A stretch of 64,000 bases of DNA from Candidatus Vogelbacteria bacterium RIFOXYD1_FULL_44_32 (GTDB lineage Bacteria > Patescibacteriota > Minisyncoccia > Phycocordibacterales > XYD1-FULL-46-19). Made by a program: the position numbers and the translations under genes. A model generated the notes under the pieces. It was not told the origin of the DNA, searched no databases, and was given only the letters and a program-made list of their open reading frames with translations. The stretch covers positions 53,532 through 117,531 of the forward strand of contig MHTJ01000002.1 in the NCBI GenBank assembly GCA_001823065.1, read 5' to 3'. Shown one piece after another: positions 1 to 7,927 of the stretch (position 1 is the stretch's first letter; each line of letters begins with the position of its first letter).

Positions 1-310
1 TATCATAGTTTGAAGTAAGGTATCTACCCTCTACACAAGGCATTACGCTATACGGCCCGTCTTCGCATATCTGTTTGTATAAATCCACCGCAGACTGTTC
101 AGCCTCATCAACACAAGCTGACTTTTTTAGTGTTACTAAGGTTTTTTTAAATTCTACATCATCTTCAACCCTCTTCCTTTCGTTTAACTCCATTCGCTGC
201 TCAACAACTTGGCTTAAAAAGTAAAATCCTCCGAGCATAAAACTTGCAATCAATATAACAGCAGGTAGAGATAGCTTATTTATATTATCAATGATGTTTT
301 TCATATTCAT
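1..310 (-). CDS. hypothetical membrane-anchored protein; N-terminus in window, C-terminus beyond the window edge
   Basis: Minus-strand ATG at 310 (MNMKNIIDNINKLSLPAVILIASFMLGGFYFL...); an open frame runs to position 1; one N-terminal TM helix. Not in the ORF track because it is truncated. Confidence 0.45.
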   Translation of the reverse strand, partial: MNMKNIIDNINKLSLPAVILIASFMLGGFYFLSQVVEQRMELNERKRVEDDVEFKKTLVTLKKSACVDEAEQSAVDLYKQICEDGPYSVMPCVEGRYLTSNYD

Positions 311-314
311 TTAA

Positions 315-647
315 CTACAAATTTTCACACGCCAGCCCGTCCCTATCCCTATCCAAATCGTGCGGGTCTAGTGCTGGCCCACCTTGTTTAATATAGAAAG
401 CCTGAGCCTCGGCTTGGGTTGAAAAATCGGCACAGTTTTTATCACTAGGAGTGGAAGTCCTGGCAGAGGTTCGAGACACAGTTTTAGCCTCTGTCTTGGC
501 TGTAGTAATTTTAGGGGTATGACAGTGGTACTCCCCTGTCTTACGGTTAGTATGGCAACCGTTCGAATCTGTCCGCCCTGGATGGGCTAAAACCACCCCT
601 GGAGCGGAGATAAGGATCAAACCGAGGATTAAGCTTATCTTTTTCAT
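315..647 (-). CDS. secreted YHYH-motif / Excalibur calcium-binding domain protein
   Basis: Signal peptide [21 protein letters not shown]; GYHCH (YHYH-like) motif; C-terminal DxDxDGxxCE Excalibur motif ([10 protein letters not shown]). Start moved to the internal Met of the 144-aa ORF. Confidence 0.6.
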   Translation of the reverse strand: MKKISLILGLILISAPGVVLAHPGRTDSNGCHTNRKTGEYHCHTPKITTAKTEAKTVSRTSARTSTPSDKNCADFSTQAEAQAFYIKQGGPALDPHDLDRDRDGLACENL

Positions 648-649
648 TA

Positions 650-880
650 TTAGGCCATTACCGTTAGGCCTACCACGAGGGCTATACCTATGATGACAGA
701 GGCTAAAATTATAGCCATTCCTAGGTTCCCTTTCTTTATCTCCTCCCACTCGTCTATAGGGGTAATTAGACTGAATATCTTAAGGGCTACACTTAAGGCT
801 ACAGCCATAGAAACGGCCCCGGTTAGGGCCCAGCCAAAGGTAATGAGGTATTGAGTGAAAATCATAGTTTTACCATACAA
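650..880 (-). CDS. DUF350-like small membrane protein
   Basis: 76 aa with two TM segments; [15 protein letters not shown] motif typical of DUF350. Confidence 0.5.
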   Translation of the reverse strand: MYGKTMIFTQYLITFGWALTGAVSMAVALSVALKIFSLITPIDEWEEIKKGNLGMAIILASVIIGIALVVGLTVMA

Positions 881-902
881 CTTTTATGGATAAAGTAAAG
901 GG

Positions 903-2225
903 TTATTTTACCCCACTTTTATCGGTTTGTTTTGGAGCAATAGCTAATTTAAGAAATTCCTTAACATCAAAAACTCCTATTGTATTAAACATACATTCTT
1001 TCAGTCCTTCCATCGATACTCCATTCATCTTTGCGTTTACCAACTCAAAGATATCAACAGCTGTCACAAGACAGATATCACAACTTCTAGCTTTTTTTAT
1101 TAGATTATCCTCAAAAGCCTTTGGTCTCTCGTTTGGTTTAGCGTCCTTATAGTGATTAATAATAAATATACCTTGGGTTAAATACGGCTCGGATGTTGGG
1201 GTATCTGGGATTCTTGCGATTAATTGATTTAAATCAGTTCCATTTAGTCCTTCCTTATTTTTTCCTCTAATTTCGATGATGATTCTAGATTTGCCTTCCT
1301 GATAATATCTGTCCTCCTCATTATCAACATCTGGAGACAATAAATTAATACCCAGTAATTTAAAGCAGTCAGATAATGACACTTCCAATGGTTTACCTTT
1401 TAGATACAGTACTTTTTTATACTCACAAATTAATGATAACTCAGATATTAGGAGTCCTTTTTCGACTTCTTTCCTATCTATTTCTACTTGTATATCCAAT
1501 ATCCCTTGCTTTTTACTGGCCTCACCAGGAAGTACAATTTCTTCAATCCATACAGGAGCTGGTTCTTTCTCAACCGAAAGTTCTGTTATTAACAATTCTA
1601 TACTATCTTCTGTATTGCCTAGCACAGGCAAGAAAAAAATTGGGCTGCCTTTAATCTTAGTACTTCTAGTACTCGTATCGCCCACGCTCCAAAGAAATCT
1701 AAATGCAATGGCTTTATTTATTTTATTTACAGCAAGCGCTTTGAAGTTAGGCTCAAACACGAGCGAACTATTTGGTGGGAAATGGTAGCAGTTGTTTATG
1801 CAATCTTTGTATAATCTATCCCACTTTTTAATTCTAGTCAGGAATTTTAAGTAATTTTCAGTCTTTGAGTGGTCAACTATGTTGCCTGGTAATTCTTCAA
1901 ACATCGGAATAATTGGGCACCAGCTATAGTTGAACGTGGTCTTACCCTGTGGTGACGAGTAAATAACTGGGCTCGCACAAAAAGAAAAAACTTGAAGTTT
2001 CCTTTTCTCTTGAGCCTCAATAATCATCTTCCTAATATCATCAAAGTAATTTGGATTTTCTATGGATATCTTTTCCATCAAGTCCCGTGTAAGAGAAGCG
2101 GTATCACATATGACGACATCAAAATCAGGCACATAAACAAAATCCCCCCAAGATACAGCTTTGTCCGCCCTGGGGTGATTTTCTGACCCGATAACTAAAA
2201 TACTTGCCCTGGAGTCCTCATTCAT
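903..2225 (-). CDS. hypothetical protein, 440 aa, no recognisable family; possible C-terminal PD-(D/E)xK-like nuclease motif
   Basis: Long clean ORF. C-terminal D..EGKSRIIIEIRG...LNQL segment is weakly reminiscent of a restriction-endonuclease fold. Preceded by a phased repeat array. Confidence 0.6.
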   Translation of the reverse strand: MNEDSRASILVIGSENHPRADKAVSWGDFVYVPDFDVVICDTASLTRDLMEKISIENPNYFDDIRKMIIEAQEKRKLQVFSFCASPVIYSSPQGKTTFNYSWCPIIPMFEELPGNIVDHSKTENYLKFLTRIKKWDRLYKDCINNCYHFPPNSSLVFEPNFKALAVNKINKAIAFRFLWSVGDTSTRSTKIKGSPIFFLPVLGNTEDSIELLITELSVEKEPAPVWIEEIVLPGEASKKQGILDIQVEIDRKEVEKGLLISELSLICEYKKVLYLKGKPLEVSLSDCFKLLGINLLSPDVDNEEDRYYQEGKSRIIIEIRGKNKEGLNGTDLNQLIARIPDTPTSEPYLTQGIFIINHYKDAKPNERPKAFEDNLIKKARSCDICLVTAVDIFELVNAKMNGVSMEGLKECMFNTIGVFDVKEFLKLAIAPKQTDKSGVK

Positions 2226-2414
2226 TTGATACCATAGTAATACTTGAATCTACAAAAGTACAAGGTGCCGAGTTATTAGGACAGCTGATACTAATTTTTT
2301 CTAAAATCTACTATCTTTCAACAGTAAATAACAGAGATTAACAACATTCAACACTGTTAGACTGGCTATCTAATACAAAATAGGTATGCAAGTTATATAA
2401 GTTGTATCACCCCA

Positions 2415-2462
2415 AATTACCTGTAATTACCTGTTTTTACCTGCCCACGACACGATACCTGC
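2415..2462. repeat. TTACCTG heptamer repeated 4x at ~10-bp phase
   Basis: Copies at 2418-2424, 2428-2434, 2438-2444 and 2456-2462 (aTACCTG). Confidence 0.6.
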
Positions 2463-2510
2463 AGAAATAATTTTTTATATTATGAAAGTTAAGAAAGTTA
2501 CATTCCTTAT

Positions 2511-2620
2511 TTTTAACTAATTTTAACCAGGATTAACCATTTTTAACCGCAATTGACCGAAACTAACCGACTTTTACTAATACTTACCAATTTCTACTAA
2601 CATCTACTAACATCCACCAC
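2511..2620. repeat. Eleven tandem degenerate 10-bp repeats (ttTTAACcaa / cTACTAA core), iteron-like
   Basis: ttttaactaa ttttaaccag gattaaccat ttttaaccgc aattgaccga aactaaccga cttttactaa tacttaccaa tttctactaa catctactaa catccaccac, with strict 10-bp periodicity. Confidence 0.7.
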
Positions 2621-2634
2621 TACTTCTGTACTTT

Positions 2635-2835
2635 TTATGATTTTAGCTGTTTCTCCTCGGTCAGACTCCAAATAAGCGCGACCACCCAACCGATGAATGT
2701 CCAACCAAGAAAAAGATTGAGCGCAAAAATAGCCCAAGCGTTATCTTTTTTATCGTAAAATGCCCCGATTGAGGGAGCAAAATATAGCCCAATGACCGCT
2801 ATCGCTATTAGTAAGGCAATAAATGTAGATTCCAT
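2635..2835 (-). CDS. phage T4 Imm-like superinfection immunity protein (Imm_superinfect family), small membrane protein
   Basis: 66 aa; PSIGAF...NLFLGWTFIGWVVALIWSL matches the Imm_superinfect signature (NxFLGWTGxGWxxALIWA). Confidence 0.55.
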   Translation of the reverse strand: MESTFIALLIAIAVIGLYFAPSIGAFYDKKDNAWAIFALNLFLGWTFIGWVVALIWSLTEEKQLKS

Positions 2836-2870
2836 AATGTATTAGATTAACTTATTAATTAACTTAAAAC

Positions 2871-3731
2871 TTAGTTATAACTATCAATCCTTCCATCATT
2901 ATTTTGGTCATAGAAGCAGGACGGCCCATAATCCATCCAGCAATACTGATACTGAGTTCCATAACCATAATTAGAGGGGTTTACTGCATCAGGTCTTCCT
3001 AAGCGGTACACCAGTATGTCGTAAGGCATACCAATCCAAATCTTTCCAGCCGCCAGAAGCTCGCACTCCTCTTTAGTCCACTCAGGGTGCGCCTTACAAG
3101 CACGACCAGCTGGACTACGGTTATAGGCTTCCAAGTCAGCCTTGGCTTTCGCTGTTTTAGCCGCTATTTCAGCCTTACGCTTACGTTCTGCCGCCTCCTC
3201 TGCCTTTTCCTTGTCTACTCGTTCTTCTGGCGTTAAAGTGCGATTTATGACCAACTCAGCTTTCCCCGTCTTATCCTCCCTGGCTGTCTCCAGAAACACT
3301 ATTGTCCTTTCCTTTTTAACTGGTAGTTCAAATTCAAAGTTACCCTTTTTATCGACCTCCACAGCTTTTTTAAGGTGGCTCAGGCTGGAGTCTTTCGGTC
3401 TAACATAGCCTTTAATTGTCACCAATGTTGAAGTCCCAACAGAAAACTCGTTTTCGGGTTCAGTAATTCTTATGGAAGGAGCTCGATGAGAGTAGGCATA
3501 TGAAGACATCGAGAGCATAAATATTCCAAGAATCACGGCTACCGTCTTCTTTTGTTTGAGGTTTATCCTGTCCTCGTATTTATACAAATAGAAAAGCATA
3601 GCCAGGGGTATTCCTAAATACCAATAGGCAATAACAAACGCTATAAAGAAAATCACCAATAACCCTCCCAGGGAAAACTTAGCCAATTTCACCACCCTAC
3701 CAATTAGAGATTTTATTTTGCTTGATTCCAT
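2871..3731 (-). CDS. membrane protein with Ig-like beta domain, coiled coil and Cys-containing C-terminal domain
   Basis: Two N-terminal TM helices; Lys/Glu/Ala-rich coiled coil; C-terminal GMPYDILVYRLGRPD...YQYCW. Confidence 0.55.
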   Translation of the reverse strand: MESSKIKSLIGRVVKLAKFSLGGLLVIFFIAFVIAYWYLGIPLAMLFYLYKYEDRINLKQKKTVAVILGIFMLSMSSYAYSHRAPSIRITEPENEFSVGTSTLVTIKGYVRPKDSSLSHLKKAVEVDKKGNFEFELPVKKERTIVFLETAREDKTGKAELVINRTLTPEERVDKEKAEEAAERKRKAEIAAKTAKAKADLEAYNRSPAGRACKAHPEWTKEECELLAAGKIWIGMPYDILVYRLGRPDAVNPSNYGYGTQYQYCWMDYGPSCFYDQNNDGRIDSYN

Positions 3732-3914
3732 AGCTGGAAATTAAGAACCAAAAAGCCCACCACAAGTGAGGCCAAATGGCCCTACCTAAGTTTCCCTAGG
3801 TAACGTTCCAGACGCCCTTGTGATGGGGTTTTTGTCTGGAACGCTTTGCGACCATACCGTAGAAAAGTAAATTTCTACGGGTTAGGTCTTAATAAATTGT
3901 TATCCTGATATTAA

Positions 3915-3946
3915 CAAAAAACCCCACCAGTGGCTACCCTGGTGAG
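3915..3946 (-). terminator. Rho-independent terminator downstream of the ImmA operon
   Basis: Minus-strand caccagg-gtagcca-ctggtg hairpin followed by a T-run. Confidence 0.5.
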
Positions 3947-3968
3947 ACAGAGGCAAACCCAAGCTATG

Positions 3969-4475
3969 TTATTTTTCTTTTTGGGATTTTTGATTGTTCT
4001 CAGGGAATAAGTGTTTTACAGCAATCAATAACATTATAGTTATCTGCGATATTGTTGCCGTTACTAGCAAACGGAAACTCCAGTCCTCAAGATAAAAGAA
4101 CTTCCCAGGCCTGTTTGTATCTACTCCTTGTAAAAAAGCGAGGATAAAAATGACGGTCGTTTCTATTCCTAAAAAAATAAACAGCCGATTCAGTGTGACC
4201 TTTTTTAAAGAAATATCCTGCTCTAAAGCATCATTGGCTAAGGATTTTGCCCTTTGTTCCTCCTTGTCTTCAATTTTTTCCGCTATCCTCTTTCTGGTTA
4301 CAAATGGGGTATTATATGACTGATTAAATATCCCTGGACGGCTGCCCTTCTGATGATTTAGGAGCCTCTTTTTTATTTCCTCCACCTCATTTTGTGCATC
4401 AGAGTATATCCTACTTGTTATACCTGGCTCTGAGTCGGGAACCACCTTTTTATCAGGAGGTGTCATACTAGTCAT
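3969..4475 (-). CDS. hypothetical membrane protein (soluble N-terminus, 2 C-terminal TM helices), co-operonic with ImmA
   Basis: Overlaps the ImmA gene by 8 bp; TM helices FIFLGIETTVIFILAFL and LLVTATISQITIMLLIAV. Confidence 0.55.
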   Translation of the reverse strand: MTSMTPPDKKVVPDSEPGITSRIYSDAQNEVEEIKKRLLNHQKGSRPGIFNQSYNTPFVTRKRIAEKIEDKEEQRAKSLANDALEQDISLKKVTLNRLFIFLGIETTVIFILAFLQGVDTNRPGKFFYLEDWSFRLLVTATISQITIMLLIAVKHLFPENNQKSQKEK

Positions 4476-5007
4476 TAGCTAAGCCAAGTTTCTCTAATCT
4501 AATTGCCATAGCAACAACGGAAACATTAAATATTTCTGCACATTCTTTAACATCTCCAACTTTACCCCAAGCGTCCCTGACCAAATCTTCTGGCATTATT
4601 AACGACGCCGCAAAATTATTAGCCTCAATTTCTAGCTTTGTCCCTATGGCGTCATCTAAACGAAAAAGGGTTCTACCTCCATCCAAAGTGCCTTCTCCGT
4701 CTATCATTATTTCTTCACTCTTAATAAATTCGGAATGCAGAAAAAGGTGGCCCAACTCGTGAGCTACAGTAAAATACTGCCTGGTTTTAGGTTTACTGCG
4801 GTTTATATAGATAGAAAAGGAGTCATTGTCTTTGTTATAGCTTATTGCCCCAGATATTTTATCTTCCAAGAGATTAGTGTAAATAATCTCCAAATCCTTT
4901 CTCCCTCTTTCTATATTTTCAAATGGAAAGGGGGAGACATTATCAGGATTATATAATTCCCTTTTTTCGTTAGCTTTTTTTATCGCTAAATTTACGTCTG
5001 CTTCCAT
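4468..5007 (-). CDS. ImmA/IrrE family zinc metallopeptidase (DUF955)
   Basis: HEXXH motif in TVAHELGHLFLH; the length and surrounding residues fit the ImmA/IrrE family. Confidence 0.75.
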   Translation of the reverse strand: MEADVNLAIKKANEKRELYNPDNVSPFPFENIERGRKDLEIIYTNLLEDKISGAISYNKDNDSFSIYINRSKPKTRQYFTVAHELGHLFLHSEFIKSEEIMIDGEGTLDGGRTLFRLDDAIGTKLEIEANNFAASLIMPEDLVRDAWGKVGDVKECAEIFNVSVVAMAIRLEKLGLAND

Positions 5008-5313
5008 AGGTATATATTACCACTTTTTCTAAATAACCGTTCTATTTGGGGTCATCTAAAAAGCCCATTTCGGTAAAATTTGCCTAATTTACTGTCATTT
5101 GTCAAAGAAACCTTGAAACCAAGCTGCGGTATTGTGTAGCCTACGTTAAAATAGCATCCCCTTGGCCAATATCAAAAAAGCTTACTTTTAATTTAGACCC
5201 AGTGGTAGACCAAAAAACTAGAAGCCAAATCAGCAGTCCAATGCTGGCCAGTAAAAACAAAAAAGACCACCGCCAGCGCCAACTATCTTGCATCAAGTAA
5301 TTATACCAAAAAA

Positions 5314-5341
5314 CCCCGCCGGCGGAGCCGGCGGGGTTTTT
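5314..5341. terminator. bidirectional Rho-independent terminator
   Basis: ccccgccggc-gga-gccggcgggg hairpin flanked by A- and T-runs. Confidence 0.7.
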
Positions 5342-5347
5342 AAAAAA

Positions 5348-5587
5348 CTATTCAGCTTCACTATCATCAACAACTTTTTTGGTAGTGGCTTGCTCAGCGA
5401 CTGGCGTTGCTCCGGTGGCTTGCTGTAAGAAAGTCGCAATTTGAGCAATATCGGCTCGGTTTTGCAAAGCCAAAGCCCTAGTCTGATAAACCACATAGGC
5501 ATGCGCTACAAAAATCGCAAACAAAACACCAAGAATAAAAGCGATAATGACACTTTTATTTTTAAAAATTGAAACTGCTACAGCCAT
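5348..5587 (-). CDS. small membrane protein, hypothetical
   Basis: 79 aa; TM helix VIIAFILGVLFAIFVAHAYVV. Confidence 0.45.
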   Translation of the reverse strand: MAVAVSIFKNKSVIIAFILGVLFAIFVAHAYVVYQTRALALQNRADIAQIATFLQQATGATPVAEQATTKKVVDDSEAE

Positions 5588-5629
5588 GAGAATATATTTA
5601 ACTTCTAATGTAACTAATTATATAGACAT

Positions 5630-7141
5630 TTAAAATGGTTTCAATTCATTTCCCGTTTCAACTGTTGATAGCTTTTTTTGTTTAGCTGGCCGAGCAAAAA
5701 TAATTAAGGGCAGATATAAAATTATTATTAACCAGATTGACACTGGCGGTACTAAAACCGAAGCCAGCGGTAGATGACTAAATATTTTTACTACTCCTAG
5801 CACATAAGCCAATAAGAAATAAGTTCCACTGCCTGCTATAAACGCTAAACTAGGAGAAACAAAACCCAGTATCCCCGCGATAAAACCAACCAACATCGTC
5901 AGGGGAATAAATGGCACCACTAAAATATTGGCCGGCAAAGCGACCAAACTTATTTCGCCAATTTTATAAAACAACCAAGGCGTCACCGCCAATTGAGCAG
6001 ACAAGGTGGCCGAAACGATTGCTCGTAAACCATATTGGTCCGTGAGCCAAGTCAACTTAGCTTCGAGCGGGGCCGATAAATAGATCAAGCCCAAAGTGGC
6101 CAAAAATGATAATTGAAAGCCGGTATCATTGGCTAAAATAAGAGGATTGTAGAGCACCATTAAAACCCCAGCAATAAACAGCCCTACAGTAGCACTATAT
6201 ATTCGCCCGGTGGCTCGCGCCCAGACGGCAAGTAAGGCCATCAGAGAGGCCCGCACCACGGTCGGTCCCCCGCCAACCATTAGCGCAAATAATATTATAC
6301 TGACCGCTCCTGCCAGTAAGGTTAAATTAAAACTTAAAAAATAGGCCAGAAAAATCATTAGGGCCTCGGCCACAATCGTCATATTGTACCCCGACAAAAC
6401 CACAATATGGACCAACCCCGCCCGCCGAAAATCAGTCGTAATTTCCTCTCCTAACCCCCGCCTCTCTCCCACCAAAAGCCCCGCCAGTAAAGAAGAATGT
6501 GGTTCCGGTAAGGCTAGATTCACCTGCTCAATAAATTTATTTTTGAGGGCCAATAACCAAGTTAAAATATAATTACCCTGCCCTTGGTCAATAATTTCAA
6601 TCTTGGCCAAAGACATTTGATAATGAATATCTCTGACTTTTAAATAGGAAATATAATCAAACTCCCGCCCGCTATCTGTAATAAAGTTTGTTGGTAAAGC
6701 CACCAGACCAGTAATTTTCAAAACATCACCATAATTAATCTTTTTATATGGTGAGGTCGAAACCAAAATCTTTTCCTTTGAGTCTACCAGACGCACTACC
6801 AGACGAGTGGTTGTATCCCGTTCATCGGGACTTTCAACCACCACTCCCATCATTTCCTGTTTCTGCCCCACCTTATCAACTAAAACCGAATTAAAAACTA
6901 TAGATGATTGTAACCGCCATACCCCCAAACCAAAACCGAGGCCGAGGCAGGCCAAATAAATATAGGGCAAAAATTTACGCCCCCGTAAAAAATATAGGGC
7001 TAAAAAAATTGGGGTTAAAATTATTAGGGCCAATAAATCATTGACCTCAAATTCTAGCGCCCCCGCACCCAAAACACCGGCGAGAAAACCTATAGCTAAA
7101 TAAAATAAAACCTGACGAAAAAGTGATAAATTTACTCCCAT
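5630..7141 (-). CDS. comEC: ComEC/Rec2 competence channel protein (short form, no metallo-beta-lactamase domain)
   Basis: GLVHIVVLSGYNMTIVAEA competence-domain motif; polytopic membrane protein of 503 aa. Confidence 0.8.
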   Translation of the reverse strand: MGVNLSLFRQVLFYLAIGFLAGVLGAGALEFEVNDLLALIILTPIFLALYFLRGRKFLPYIYLACLGLGFGLGVWRLQSSIVFNSVLVDKVGQKQEMMGVVVESPDERDTTTRLVVRLVDSKEKILVSTSPYKKINYGDVLKITGLVALPTNFITDSGREFDYISYLKVRDIHYQMSLAKIEIIDQGQGNYILTWLLALKNKFIEQVNLALPEPHSSLLAGLLVGERRGLGEEITTDFRRAGLVHIVVLSGYNMTIVAEALMIFLAYFLSFNLTLLAGAVSIILFALMVGGGPTVVRASLMALLAVWARATGRIYSATVGLFIAGVLMVLYNPLILANDTGFQLSFLATLGLIYLSAPLEAKLTWLTDQYGLRAIVSATLSAQLAVTPWLFYKIGEISLVALPANILVVPFIPLTMLVGFIAGILGFVSPSLAFIAGSGTYFLLAYVLGVVKIFSHLPLASVLVPPVSIWLIIILYLPLIIFARPAKQKKLSTVETGNELKPF

Positions 7142-7277
7142 GTTTCAATCTTACCGCCTAAAGCAAATCTTGCCCACCATATTTTTAGAGACTAGCGAGC
7201 GCGACGGCGCGAGCTCGAGGAATTTTCTAGCAAGAAAATATCCGTACTCTAAAAATATGGTGGGCAAGATTTGCACT

Positions 7278-7700
7278 TCACTTCGCATCCATCGCTTCAT
7301 TGGCGAGCGCATCCGCCTCTTTGTTTTGTTCGCGCCTAATCTCGGTAATTTTAAAATTAGGAAAATCAGTTTTCAAAATTTCTTTAATTTGGGTGTGATA
7401 CACGCGCAATCTATCTTCTTTCACTTTATATTTGCCTGCTAGTTGTCTAGCAATCAGCTCGGAATCAACACGTAGTTCTACTTCTGCCGATTTTATTTGT
7501 TCGGCGCTAAAATTTTTCTTGATTAAATCTAAGCCCAAAAGCACCGCTTGATATTCGGCCTCATTATTGGTGGTTTCGCCTATATATTTTGAAGCTATCG
7601 CTACCACTTTTTTATTTTCATCATAAATTACCGCTCCAACCCCCGCCGGTCCTGGATTTCCCCGCGCGCCTCCATCGGTGTTTAAAATTATTTTTAGCAT
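7278..7700 (-). CDS. rnhA: ribonuclease HI
   Basis: ILNTDGGARGNPGPAGVGAVI...EAEYQAVLLGL...EADALAN, RNase H fold with a DEDD motif. Start set at MLKIILNTDGG. Confidence 0.8.
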   Translation of the reverse strand: MLKIILNTDGGARGNPGPAGVGAVIYDENKKVVAIASKYIGETTNNEAEYQAVLLGLDLIKKNFSAEQIKSAEVELRVDSELIARQLAGKYKVKEDRLRVYHTQIKEILKTDFPNFKITEIRREQNKEADALANEAMDAK

Positions 7701-7927
7701 TAAAAAATTATAACACAAAAAGGGCCCGCTAGACGCAGGCCCCGAAACTTGAATCAGTGCTTGTGCAAGGACCCAAGGCCACCCAACGAATGTTTTGCTT
7801 CCCTGTTATCTCCCAATAAAAAATTCAGAAGAAGGGAAGTAAAAATTAGAAGCCCGACGAGCACCATCGTTGCTAAATCTTGAAGTAATCTCACAGTCAG
7901 TCCTCCTTTCTCTTTTTACAGCATAAC

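Noticed and set aside
5293-5502. 69-aa ORF overlapping the 5348-5587 small membrane protein gene
   Set aside because: It overlaps in a different frame and covers the terminator hairpin at 5314-5341. The alternative 79-aa ORF has a TM helix and sensible boundaries.
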